Assembly (NCBI GenBank): GCA_963717145.1
Contig: OY970325.1
Span: forward strand, 5,280,001 to 5,344,000
Direction of reading: 5' to 3'
Origin: an uncultured Armatimonadetes bacterium
GTDB taxonomy: Bacteria; Armatimonadota; UBA5829; DTJY01
Length of the DNA: 64,000 bases
The position numbers were made by a program, and so were the translations under genes. Position 1 is the stretch's first letter; each line of letters opens with the position of its first letter. The notes below the pieces were generated by a model. The model was not told where the DNA came from. It made no database searches and saw only the letters and a program-made list of their open reading frames with translations. Positions 7,602 through 17,450 of this stretch are shown here, piece after piece.

Positions 7602-10056
7602 TTGAAGTATCTGTTCCCGGCTATCATCTTCTGCGCTATCCTTGCGAGCGCCGCGTGCGCCGATATCCCTCGCCCGGAGCATCCGAACCCGATGGCTGTG
7701 CGGGGCGAGTGGATGAACCTCAACGGCACGTGGGAGTTCGCCGAGAGCGACGGAAGACCCCTCCCCAGCCCTCCCCGCAGCGGAGAGGGAGTAGCCGGAA
7801 CAGACCTCACCCCCCAGCCCCCTCTTCCGCAACGGAGAGGGGGTGGCAGAACCCCTCCCCAACCCTCCCCGCAACGGAGAGGGAGTTTATCCCGACAAGA
7901 TCATCGTCCCGTTCTGCCGGGAGAGCAAGCTTTCGGGCCTCGGGCGCACGGGGTTCGTCAAGAACGTCTGGTACCGCCGGACCTTCGACCTGCCCTCGAC
8001 CTGGAAGTCGCCACGGACGCTCCTCCACATCGGCGCGTGCGACTATGAGACCACCGTCTGGCTGAACGGCAAGCTCCTCGGCATGCACCGGGGCGGAAGC
8101 TCGCCGATCACCTTCGAGATCACGAAGCAGCTCATCAAGGGGACGAACACCGTCATCGTCCATGCCTTCGACGACACGCGCTCGGGCCTCCAACCGACGG
8201 GCAAGCAGGCCCACTCCGAGCAGAGCGCGGGATGCGTCTACACGCGCACGACCGGCATCTGGCAGACGGTCTGGCTCGAGGGCGTCGGCTCGACGTACAT
8301 CAAGGACTTCAAGATCGAGACCGACCTCGATCGAGGCCGCGTCATCATCCAGCCCGAGATCGACGGCTGGTGGGCCGACATGGCGATCAAGGCGGTCGCA
8401 TCTATCGGAGGGAGGGTCGTCGGGGTCGGCGTGGTCACCGCCCGATGGCGCAGCGCCCGCCTCGTACTGAACCTCTACGAGAACCATCCCTGGTCGCCGG
8501 AGACGCCGTTCCTCTATGACCTGCGACTCGTCATCATCCATAAGGGGCGGATAGTGGATGAGGTGAAGTCGTACTTCGGGGTGCGGGAAGTCTCCATCCT
8601 GGGAACGATCATCAATATCAACGGCAAGCCGGTCTTCCAGCGACTGATCCTCGACCAGGGCTTCTACCCCGACGGCATCTGGACCGCCCCGACCGACGCG
8701 GCGCTCCGGCACGACATCGAGCTGTCGCAGGCGGTGGGGTTCAACGGCGCGCGCCTGCACCAGAAGGTCTTCGAGCCGCGATTCCTCTACTGGGCGGACA
8801 AGCTGGGCTACCTCGTCTGGGGCGAGTTCCCGAGCTGGGGCGTCGACTACGGGAATCCGCAGATCAACCTGCCGTTCATCGCCGAGTGGATGGAGATCGT
8901 GCGCCGCGACCGCAACCATCCCTCGATCGTCGGCTGGTGTCCGTTCAACGAGACGAACGGGGCGGCGGGCGACTTGCAGAACACGATCATCGCGGCCACC
9001 CGCGCGATCGACCCGTCGCGGCCGGTGATCGACACGAGCGGGTACGTCCACAGCCTGGCCGAGCCGGACGTCCTCGACACGCACGACTACGACCAGAACC
9101 CGGAGTCGTTCAAAGCGCGGTATGGGGAGGGCTTCGCGCTCAATGTGGTCCTCCCGGCGAGATACGGCGGACCGGAGAGCAGGGCGAAGGTCCCATTCAT
9201 GGTCAGCGAGTTCGGCGGGATCGGCTGGAGCGTGACCGGCGGATGGGGATATGGGGCAGCCCCCACGAACAAGGAGGAGTTCTACACGCGCTACAAGGGG
9301 CTCTGTGATGCGCTGCTCGACAGCCCGTCGCAGTTCGGATTCTGCTACACGCAGCTCACCGATGTCGAGCAGGAGCAGAACGGCCTCTATACATACGATC
9401 GGCAGCCGAAGTTTGATGTGAAGCGCATCCACGACATCACCGCGCGCCCGGCGTACATCGAGACGCACTCGCATTGGAAGACGGCGAAGATGGTGGACGT
9501 GCCGGCGTCGAACTGGCGGGTGATCATCGGGGCATCTCCCGATGGGGACCTGGCGCATGAGTGGCGGTACACGTTCGATGAGCCTGTAGGGGCGTGCCTT
9601 GTGCCGCCCGATACGTTGGCGCAGGCGGCACAAGGCACGCCCCTACAGGCTCGGACGGAGCTTCGCCCTCCCGGACGGTGGTACGAGGCCGGGTTCGACG
9701 ACTCCGCGTGGAGGTCGGGGCTCGGCGGATTCGGCTCGAAGGGCGGATGGGAGTGGGCGATCCGCACTCCATGGGCGACCCCCGACATCTGGCTGCGTCA
9801 GACCTTCGAGTACGACGGGAAGCCGTTCGACAGCGCGATGCTCGTCGCGCACTACGACAACAAGACCGAGGTCTACATCAACGGCAAGCGCGTCTGGCAC
9901 GGGACCGGATGGAACGACCGCTACTCGGGCTTCAACGTGATGAAGACGATCAAAGATGTGCTCAGGCCTGGGAAGAACACCATCGCGGTGCATACGCATC
10001 AGGATGGCGGCGGGCAGTTCATCGACCTGGCGCTGCTGGTGGGGAGTGGGAAGTAG
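7602..10056 (+). CDS. Secreted GH2 glycoside hydrolase (beta-galactosidase/glucuronidase-like) with C-terminal beta-sandwich; frameshift in C6 run 7810-7815
   Basis: TTG start, signal peptide, PRPEHPNP..WMNLNGTWEF, GFNGARLHQK, RDRNHPSIVGWCPFNE, MVSEFGG; two repeat-derived insertions. Confidence 0.85.
7757..7887. repeat. Three CCCTCCCC..GGAGAGGG palindromic units inside the GH2 coding sequence
   Basis: CCCTCCCCAGCCCTCCCCGCAGCGGAGAGGGAGT and two variants, translated as PLP.PPR.GEGV. Confidence 0.8.
9580..9672. repeat. GTAG-type REP doublet (perfect 29-bp stem) plus adjacent GGCTCGG..CGCCCTCCC unit, in frame in GH2
   Basis: 9580-9608 is the exact reverse complement of 9624-9652. Confidence 0.9.
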
Positions 10057-10132
10057 GGAGTATGGGAGTATGGGGGTATGGGAGTGTGGGAGTCCGGAAC
10101 GCCCATACGCCCATACTCCCACACTCCCATAC
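10055..10132. repeat. Inverted octamer array (GGGAGTAT / CCCATACT)
   Basis: Intergenic copy; same family in frame at 30021-30110 and 32183-32300. Confidence 0.8.
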
Positions 10133-10147
10133 TAAGAGAGGGAGACC

Positions 10148-10837
10148 ATGAGATACGAGTTCACCAAACCGGAAGAATACCGCGCGATCAAGGCGACCGT
10201 CCCGATCGCTTACCTGCCCTGGGGCGCGCACGAGTGGCACGGGCTGCACAACCCGCTCGGCCTCGACACGCTGAAGGTCCACGGGATCTGCCAGGCACTC
10301 TGCGCCGCGACGGGCGGGATCGTCTTCCCGCAGATCTACTGCGGTCACCAGACGATGAAGCCCTACGCCGGGTTCGACGCGACCCTGGAGTTCAGCCCCG
10401 AGTGCGTGACGATGCTCGCCCGGGAGTACCTCAGTCAGCTCGCCGATGAGGGGTTCAAGGTCATCGTCATCATGATGGGGCACTACGGCGGCGAGCACCA
10501 GAAGCTGCTTATCGGAGCGGTCGAGGAGTTCAATGAGGGCCAGACCGACGTCGTCGCCTGGGCGTTTCCCGACTACGACCTGACCAAGCCGGACGGCATC
10601 GGCGGAGATCATGCCGGGCCGAACGAGACATCCTACATGATGCTCTTCCACCCCGAACTCGTCGATCTCAGCCGCCTGACGACCGAGGAGGAACTCGACA
10701 CGAAGGTCGACGGCATCATGGGCGGCGACCCGCGCATCGACGCGTCGTCCGCGCGGGGACTTCAGGCACTCCAGTTCGCCATCAAGGCCGGCGTCCCCCA
10801 GATACTCGAGCTGCTGCGTCAGGTGACGGATGAGTGA
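10148..10837 (+). CDS. Creatininase/creatinine amidohydrolase family protein
   Basis: LPWGAHEWHGLHNPLGLD, GHYGG, DHAGPNETS motifs. Confidence 0.85.
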   Translation: MRYEFTKPEEYRAIKATVPIAYLPWGAHEWHGLHNPLGLDTLKVHGICQALCAATGGIVFPQIYCGHQTMKPYAGFDATLEFSPECVTMLAREYLSQLADEGFKVIVIMMGHYGGEHQKLLIGAVEEFNEGQTDVVAWAFPDYDLTKPDGIGGDHAGPNETSYMMLFHPELVDLSRLTTEEELDTKVDGIMGGDPRIDASSARGLQALQFAIKAGVPQILELLRQVTDE

Positions 10838-12896
10838 GGTCATGCGCCTGATCGCCGTCATCGCGCTGTTGTCCGCTGTCCTCTGCCAAGCGGCCGAGGC
10901 TTCCGGGTTGCCCGCGATCCCCGAGTACGTGTTCGGCGTCAATCAGTACAGCGTGGGTCCACCGGAAGGACTGGCGAAGGGATGGCCGCTCACGGACGAT
11001 GACGCGGTCTACCTGAAGAGCATCGGATGCAACACGATCAAGTTCCCCCTGTATCCGAGCGAAGTCGGGATCGATGAGACGAAGCTCGTCGTATGGAACG
11101 CGGGCGACGAGTTCGACCCGAAAGCCTGGACCCCTGACTGGCGCAGTCTCGATGCACTGATGGACTGGATGGTCAAGCACCAGTTGACCCCGTTCGTGTG
11201 TCCTTCCATCGAAGTGAGAGGCGACTGGACCACGAAGACCTGGATGTCCTTGCATGTCCCCGAACAGGCGCAGAGATCGGTCTGGTTCACCGAAAGCATC
11301 GTGGACCACATCACGAAGAAGTACGGCGACAACGTCATCTACGGCTGGTATGAGAACTGGTTCTGGAACTCATACAAGCACGAGAAGAGTGCGGAGTTCC
11401 CGGCGGCCTTCCGCCGGATGCTCGGCAAGATGTACGGCGGCAAGATCGGCGACCTCAACAAGGCGTGGAAGTCGGACTACCGATCGTTCGACGGCGTTCC
11501 GGTGCCGGTGCTCTTCGTCAATGGCGAGATCGCCGAGGAGGCGGTTAACAACATCCGCAGCTACGATCTGCGCAGGGCGATGGACCTCATGCAGCGCGAG
11601 GTGCTGACGCAGATCAGGAACTATATCCACAAGACCGCCCCGAATGCCCGCTGGTTCGGCGGGTGTATGCTCAACGAACTCGGCGGGTTGAACGACATGA
11701 GGTCGGTGAGCGTCCCGAGGACCAACGCCACCATGCGGACCTGCGTGACGACCAGCGACGTGGCATCGGCCGATCTCTACGGTCCGAAGCATCTCTACTA
11801 TTCGTACTACCGAACGCTCGCGAAGATATGCGCCGTCGAGGGCAGGAGGTACTCGATCGTCGAGGCTGCGGCTTCCAAGCCGGAGACCTTCGCCTGGATT
11901 GCCAACCTCGGCGGGCCGACCGCCGGGACGCTCGCCTGGTGCGGCAAAGAGGACGCCTACGGGTTCATCAAATGGGATGGAACGAGGCGCGAGGAGAACG
12001 CCCGCAAGTTCAGGGAGCTGCGCGACAAGACGCTGGCCGCTCCGGGCCGCTATCAGAAATATTGTCCGGGACACATCAGGGTCTACTTCCCCGAGGAGAC
12101 ATACTACTACTCGATCACCGCGCGCAACCAGATGGACGCGTATCAGCATGTATGCGACAACATGCTCCCCGAGGAGTTGGAGCCCGTTCTGACCGACGAA
12201 CTCGGGAGCTTGCCGGCCGGAGCGGTGATCTACGTTCTGGAGAGGACGATCCCGCTCAAGGCCATCCGCCTGCTCGATGATTTGGGAACTCGGGTGATCT
12301 GTCCACACGAGTACTTCGTGGACGAGTATGGCGACCGGCACTACCGCAAGTCCACGGACAAGGACTTCTATGCCAGGCTGCTCTCTACCCCCAATGGCGG
12401 GAAACTGCTCGATGCGTTCCGGAGAGTCGAGGAGAAGGAGAACAACCTCGCGTGGAGGTTTCGCGGAACAACGATTTCCTCTCTATCGGAACTGGCGGAG
12501 AAGAATGTCGTTATCCCGGGCAGGGAGAATGACCTGAGCCAGCTCATCGACGGCAGCATCAACGAGGGCGTGACATTCGCGGACAAGCGCCAGCAGGAGA
12601 TCGTCACGCTCAAGCTCACTCAGTCCAAAGCGATCTACGGGGCGTTCGTGCAGTTCTACGAAGGCGACGGGCAGGACGTGCCGGCGTCTGCATTGCCCCG
12701 CGAGATCAAGATCACTGCCTCCATGGACGGCGCGAGCTTCACGGAGGTCGCGACTATCTCGGGCGACGAGATATCGCTGAGACCGCACATTCGTTTTGCG
12801 CCGGTTCGGGCCAGGTACATCACGTTCGACTTTGGGGAGAACGCCCGGACCAGCGGGCTCAAGATCGAGGAACTCGGCGTCATCGGGAAGAGGTGA
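10830..12896 (+). CDS. Secreted GH42-like TIM-barrel glycoside hydrolase with C-terminal discoidin/F5-8-like domain
   Basis: Signal peptide; FRRML..MYG..I.DLNKAW..Y.SF..V.VP motif; C-terminal LIDG..S.DG..F..ARYI..I.E. Confidence 0.6.
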   Translation: MSEVMRLIAVIALLSAVLCQAAEASGLPAIPEYVFGVNQYSVGPPEGLAKGWPLTDDDAVYLKSIGCNTIKFPLYPSEVGIDETKLVVWNAGDEFDPKAWTPDWRSLDALMDWMVKHQLTPFVCPSIEVRGDWTTKTWMSLHVPEQAQRSVWFTESIVDHITKKYGDNVIYGWYENWFWNSYKHEKSAEFPAAFRRMLGKMYGGKIGDLNKAWKSDYRSFDGVPVPVLFVNGEIAEEAVNNIRSYDLRRAMDLMQREVLTQIRNYIHKTAPNARWFGGCMLNELGGLNDMRSVSVPRTNATMRTCVTTSDVASADLYGPKHLYYSYYRTLAKICAVEGRRYSIVEAAASKPETFAWIANLGGPTAGTLAWCGKEDAYGFIKWDGTRREENARKFRELRDKTLAAPGRYQKYCPGHIRVYFPEETYYYSITARNQMDAYQHVCDNMLPEELEPVLTDELGSLPAGAVIYVLERTIPLKAIRLLDDLGTRVICPHEYFVDEYGDRHYRKSTDKDFYARLLSTPNGGKLLDAFRRVEEKENNLAWRFRGTTISSLSELAEKNVVIPGRENDLSQLIDGSINEGVTFADKRQQEIVTLKLTQSKAIYGAFVQFYEGDGQDVPASALPREIKITASMDGASFTEVATISGDEISLRPHIRFAPVRARYITFDFGENARTSGLKIEELGVIGKR

Positions 12897-12903
12897 TGTG
12901 ACG

Positions 12904-13356
12904 ATGGAAAGCGATTGGCTGAAGAAGACCTCAGGCGAGGAGTGTCCACTGTGCGACGATCCGTCAAAGGGTATGACCATGGTCGCCGATGGGAGCATCA
13001 CTCGTGCCTACCTCCAGCCGAGCGCGAGCTTTCGGGGATACTGCATCCTCGTGCTCAAGAGGCATGCCGTCGAGCTTGACGACCTCAGCCCGGAGGAGCG
13101 GGCGGCGCTCATGGAGGACATCGCGAGGGTAGGGCACGCGATCCGGGCGGTCTGCAGTCCGACCAAGCTCAACTACGAGATCCTGGGCAACGTCGTCCCG
13201 CACATCCACGTCCACATAATCCCACGGTACACGACCGATCCCACCTGGGACCGCGCCGCTTGGTGCGCCCTCCCAGACGAGCAGTCGCTGGACCCGGATG
13301 AGTACTCCGCCCTCGCGTCCCGACTCCGCTCACTGCTTGCCGATCAGCCGCTTTAG
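12904..13356 (+). CDS. HIT family protein
   Basis: CPLC and GNVVPHIHVHIIPRY histidine triad. Confidence 0.9.
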   Translation: MESDWLKKTSGEECPLCDDPSKGMTMVADGSITRAYLQPSASFRGYCILVLKRHAVELDDLSPEERAALMEDIARVGHAIRAVCSPTKLNYEILGNVVPHIHVHIIPRYTTDPTWDRAAWCALPDEQSLDPDEYSALASRLRSLLADQPL

Positions 13357-14430
13357 TTGCCGGCAGTAATGGCAGTAGTTATCCCACGAGACATCGTTGG
13401 GGATGAGATGATCGAGATCCGGGATGTAGCGGCCCGACTCGAGAGCCGGGCGGATGCGCTCCAACTCGCGATCAATTGCCTCATGGCCCAGGGCCAGGGC
13501 TCGCTTGTCGATCCCGCCCATGAGCGCCAGGTCCGGGTACTTCGCCCGCCAGACGTTCACATCGCATCCGGCGGCTACCTCCATCGGCCAGAGCAGGTTG
13601 ACGCCTGCATCGATCATCGGCTGAGCGATCAAGTCCGGATTGCCGTCCGTATCGACCGACAGGACCGGGATGCCGTGTCTGAGCGTGAAATCCTTGATGC
13701 GGCGATACTGCGGCCCCATGAACTCGGTCCAGTGCTTTGGCGATATCAGCGGTCCGTTTCGATAGCACATGTCCTCCCAGATGTGGACGACATCGATCTG
13801 GATGCCGTCGGCGGCAAGCTCGCGGGCAACCTTCTCGAACACGGTCAGGTACAGCGAGGTCATGTGCTCCATGATGTCCTTGACGAGGTCCGGCATGGTA
13901 TGGAATGCCATGAGTGACTCCTCGTCACCCAGCAGCCAGCGCACGGAGCCGAATACCCCGACGTCCGGGAAGTAGCCGAGCTGAATGGGAACGCCCTGCC
14001 GATGCCAATCCCGGCATGTTTCCTTCCAGTTGCCTGCGATGCGGGCCGGGTCATCCGGGTTCAGGCGCTCATCCCTGTAGCGTTCCCAGTCCGTCCGAGT
14101 CTTGACCGGGAACTCGAGGAACCCCGCCATCGACTCGCCGTGCTTGTAGTCCCTGCGGATGATGCCCCAGGAATCGGTATGGACGACATAGTTGGCGGTG
14201 TCCTCCAGGAGCTTGTACTCGAACTGAGGGCAAGGGCCGCAGTTCACGGGAACTGCCCTGGGCGCCTGATCGGGGTCGAAGATCGACCGGTGATCGGTCA
14301 CGTCCTCAGGCTTCCCTTCGGCCTGCCACCGCCGCCAGGTAGTTCCCCAAGGCCCCCAAAAAAGATAGAAGGGCGCTCGGTCCACCGGCTCGCCCGCCAT
14401 GCAGGCTACAAATCGCTCTCGGTCATTCAT
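13330..14430 (-). CDS. Uroporphyrinogen decarboxylase / MtaA-CmuA family protein
   Basis: MNDRERF start, WEDMCYRNGPLISP, DTDGN, P.EVAAG, GGIDKR, YIPDLDH. Confidence 0.85.
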   Translation of the reverse strand: MNDRERFVACMAGEPVDRAPFYLFWGPWGTTWRRWQAEGKPEDVTDHRSIFDPDQAPRAVPVNCGPCPQFEYKLLEDTANYVVHTDSWGIIRRDYKHGESMAGFLEFPVKTRTDWERYRDERLNPDDPARIAGNWKETCRDWHRQGVPIQLGYFPDVGVFGSVRWLLGDEESLMAFHTMPDLVKDIMEHMTSLYLTVFEKVARELAADGIQIDVVHIWEDMCYRNGPLISPKHWTEFMGPQYRRIKDFTLRHGIPVLSVDTDGNPDLIAQPMIDAGVNLLWPMEVAAGCDVNVWRAKYPDLALMGGIDKRALALGHEAIDRELERIRPALESGRYIPDLDHLIPNDVSWDNYCHYCRQLKRLIGKQ

Positions 14431-14508
14431 ATCAGTTCCTCCTCGCGCTACCATGCGGATCGACCGTCGCAAGTCTACGCCGTCTCGCCTCCAGTGTCAA
14501 CGCCATCA

Positions 14509-14537
14509 TTGACCACCAACGCAAGCTATGCTAGACT
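14509..14537 (+). promoter_or_regulatory. Sigma70 promoter of the restriction endonuclease gene
   Basis: TTGACC-17-TAGACT with extended -10 TG. Confidence 0.55.
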
Positions 14538-14558
14538 CCAGCCGTACAGAAGGACGGT

Positions 14559-15026
14559 GTGTCGCCAATGACGAATGCTGCCAATCATGAGTTTGATCCA
14601 CAAGACCTGGCCCATTATCTCTTGGATACCTTTGAGAAGAGCCCGATGGAGCCTCTTCAGTTGAATGTTGCGCCTCCTGCAACGGGAGTCTATGGGCTGT
14701 ATCACCGTGGAGAGATCGTCTACATTGGGAAGGCGTTGGCGACTGGTGGTGGAGTGACGCTTGGCAGGCGGCTGAACGAGCACTTCCGGAAGATAACGAG
14801 GGAATCGGCCATCCCTATCGATGAAATGAGTTGCCGCTGGCTCGTGATCTGTCACGATTTCATGATCGATGCGTCAGAGAGTTTTCTGCGCAGGCACTAT
14901 CGACCGGCATGGGACAGGAGCGGGTTCGGCAGCCATGTGCCCGGTCGCGGAAGGCCCGGTCTTGTAGGGCCAAATCGTTGGGAGCGCGATTTTGGCGCTG
15001 CAGTTCAGGAGGATGCAGACGGCTAG
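14559..15026 (+). CDS. Eco29kI-like GIY-YIG restriction endonuclease
   Basis: GVYGLY..VYIGKA, RRL.EH..KI, CRWLV, E..L...RP.W, GFG.H.PG.GR motifs; alternative start ATG 14568. Confidence 0.8.
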   Translation: MSPMTNAANHEFDPQDLAHYLLDTFEKSPMEPLQLNVAPPATGVYGLYHRGEIVYIGKALATGGGVTLGRRLNEHFRKITRESAIPIDEMSCRWLVICHDFMIDASESFLRRHYRPAWDRSGFGSHVPGRGRPGLVGPNRWERDFGAAVQEDADG

Positions 15027-16618
15027 CCGGGCTTGGTGAGCACTACTGCCACCTCGTAGAGCCTTACGCCTGCCTTGCCCAGAGGTCCACTCCGGGCCTC
15101 CGAGCTGATGATGCTGTTGCCGACTCGCTTCTTCCGCAACTGGTGAATCGCCTCGCATTTCAGCCCGCACATTTCGCCTATTCGCCCGAGGAACTGGTCC
15201 GTCTTGATCTCGACACCCTGCAGGATGGAATTGCCTATTACAACGACCGCTCGCCCGTCAGGCTTCAGCAACTTGCGCAGCACCTTGCAGAAACGGAAGG
15301 TGTCATTGAAATAGGTCGCCGCGTAGTTCGCCCATCCGCCACCACCGTATGCTTTTCGATCGACGTTGATCGTCCGCAATTGCGCCAGTATCGCCTCGAG
15401 TTCCGCCATCTCGAAGACCAGGTCCATTGGCGGGGCATCGCGCACGGTCTGCCAGAACTTGCCGAAGCTCTCGATCTCTATCTGCTTCAGTTGGTTCGTT
15501 TCCTGAACGAGTTGCAGCCAGAAGAGATGCGGGCGTGTGTTGCGGATGTAGTGGTAGTTGTTCAGGTATGGGGGCGAAGTGACCACAAGGTCAACAGAAC
15601 TCTCCTCCATGTAGAGGTCCCATCTGAATATCGAGTCAGGGAACACTTTGGCTCGTGTGGCGGCTTCCCTCGTGTGGGGCTCGGCTTGAAGCGCGCGAAC
15701 GTTGGCGATCATATCCTTCAGTTTGGCAGCCATGATCGCTGAGACGTCCGCCTCCTCTACGAGTGGCTTGCCACTGCCCGGTCGAGACCCCAGGCTCGGC
15801 TCATAGGAGTAATTGGAGAAGCGGACCATCACGGCTCCGAAGGCCACAAGGAACAGGTCGCGGATCGCCTTGTTCTCGATTGCACGGATGAACGCGAGGG
15901 CATGAAGCACCTGCCGCTCTATCGATACGCTGTAGAACGGTATGCGAGAACGGAAATGAGGAGGTCGAATGTCGTCAGGTGGAGGCAAGCCATCTCTCAT
16001 CGCGCTTGCCATATACTGCATGAACGTTTCTCTGGAGCGCTGGAGATCGTCGGGTGAAGTCTCGCAGCATTCCAGTTTCGCACGGGTGACCAGCGCAGCA
16101 TAGGGGTTGATCTCGAAGCCATAGGTCGTATACCCGCGACGAACTGCCTCGACGAGGGTCGTCCCTACCCCGGCGAATGGGTCGAGGATGGAGATGGAGG
16201 CTGCATCAACGTCCGTCGGGCAATATTGATCGAAGCACCCGCGCACAAACTGTGAAGAGAATCCTGCGATCCACGGCACCCATCGATGCACGCCCTGGTT
16301 GCGGTTCTCCGTGAACGCAGGGTCTTTGAGGCCTGTGCCGTTCTCAGCGCCTTTGCCGTAAAGCTCCAGCACCTGCTGCTCGGCCACACGATCAGCGGCA
16401 ACCACCTCTGGAGTGCCATCCGGAACCTGCTGGCTCGTGGTCGGCCCCGATGAAAGCCATGCATCTATCTCCAGATTATCGTATCTCCACACACGTCCGA
16501 TCTTACGGCCCGGCAAGCGGCCTTCGCGGGACATCTGTCTCACTGTTTCCGGCTGCAGGCGGACGAGCGCTGCGACTTCTTCGACTGTCAGGAACCTGCG
16601 GGAGTTGGCATCAGTCAT
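15023..16618 (-). CDS. Amino (probably m4C) DNA methyltransferase fused to N-terminal excisionase-type HTH
   Basis: FLTVEEVA..TV....EGRLPGRKIGRVWR (HTH_17), ILDPFAGVGTT (motif I), VTSPPY (motif IV). Confidence 0.85.
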   Translation of the reverse strand: MTDANSRRFLTVEEVAALVRLQPETVRQMSREGRLPGRKIGRVWRYDNLEIDAWLSSGPTTSQQVPDGTPEVVAADRVAEQQVLELYGKGAENGTGLKDPAFTENRNQGVHRWVPWIAGFSSQFVRGCFDQYCPTDVDAASISILDPFAGVGTTLVEAVRRGYTTYGFEINPYAALVTRAKLECCETSPDDLQRSRETFMQYMASAMRDGLPPPDDIRPPHFRSRIPFYSVSIERQVLHALAFIRAIENKAIRDLFLVAFGAVMVRFSNYSYEPSLGSRPGSGKPLVEEADVSAIMAAKLKDMIANVRALQAEPHTREAATRAKVFPDSIFRWDLYMEESSVDLVVTSPPYLNNYHYIRNTRPHLFWLQLVQETNQLKQIEIESFGKFWQTVRDAPPMDLVFEMAELEAILAQLRTINVDRKAYGGGGWANYAATYFNDTFRFCKVLRKLLKPDGRAVVVIGNSILQGVEIKTDQFLGRIGEMCGLKCEAIHQLRKKRVGNSIISSEARSGPLGKAGVRLYEVAVVLTKPG

Positions 16619-16710
16619 CGGCGATCAACACCCCTCTATGCTGGTCAATACCTGTCAATGCTGTTCGCCACTCGTTCTGCATATCCTCCTTGCCGGCGAG
16701 AAGTCTTTAT

Positions 16711-17302
16711 CTAAGTCTCCTTGTTGTCTTCGCCCGAGGTTGGGAGGACTTCAGATGCGGCGTTCGTGGCCACCGGGTTCTTGCGCCTGAGCAGAAGGTA
16801 GAGAGCCGCCAACTCGAACGCGATCGTCACAGTCCAGAACGCGTTTCCGGGGATGACGTACATCGTTATCCTGTTGCTCCGGACGCCTCCGGAGAGACTG
16901 AGCTGAGCTAGAAATCCGTGAACGCCAATCCGTTCGGAATGCCCGGTGGGGTACAACAAATCCTTCACCTGTCCTGGCTCTGAGAACGATACTCGGCTCC
17001 TCGGACAACTCCATGTCGCCGATCTCTTCGCCATAGAGCCGCCCATTGAGCCATGAGGGATTGGTCACATATGCGGACGAAGGAAGCACGAGACGCTCTT
17101 CCCCGCAGTTCCGAAGCTTGAGGCGTATGTCACAGCGCTGGCCGACTTTGGCGACCGGACGAGTAGCATATACCATCGCCTGGAGTCCGTCGCTCGGTTT
17201 GCCCCAGCCATCCTTCGGCGGGCCTGCCTCCCGTTCCCAGAAGAGCACAACCGTCGAGCAGATCAGGCATATCGTCAGAACCACAGTGAGCGCGAGTTTC
17301 AT
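16711..17302 (-). CDS. Membrane-anchored hypothetical protein; probable frameshift near 16981
   Basis: N-terminal hydrophobic segment, WGKPSDGLQ motif; removing one base gives IVLEPGQ..GGVRSN followed by a TM helix and RRK. Confidence 0.5.
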
Positions 17303-17450
17303 AGCAGTGTCCTCCAGCCTTAGTATACGCAGTTCCCCGGGCAAGGGTTATAGCCCTTCTCTGCGGAAGATCACGGCCGCCGGGAAGGGATTCGCTCACG
17401 GGTCGTGGAACGACTCTCTGAACTCCATGCAAACCAGGAGGCTCACCATC

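Noticed and set aside
7807-9633. Long antisense ORFs (also 39225..41003, 42465..43679, 31322..32617)
   Set aside because: Shadows of high-GC3 genes on the opposite strand with no recognisable motifs
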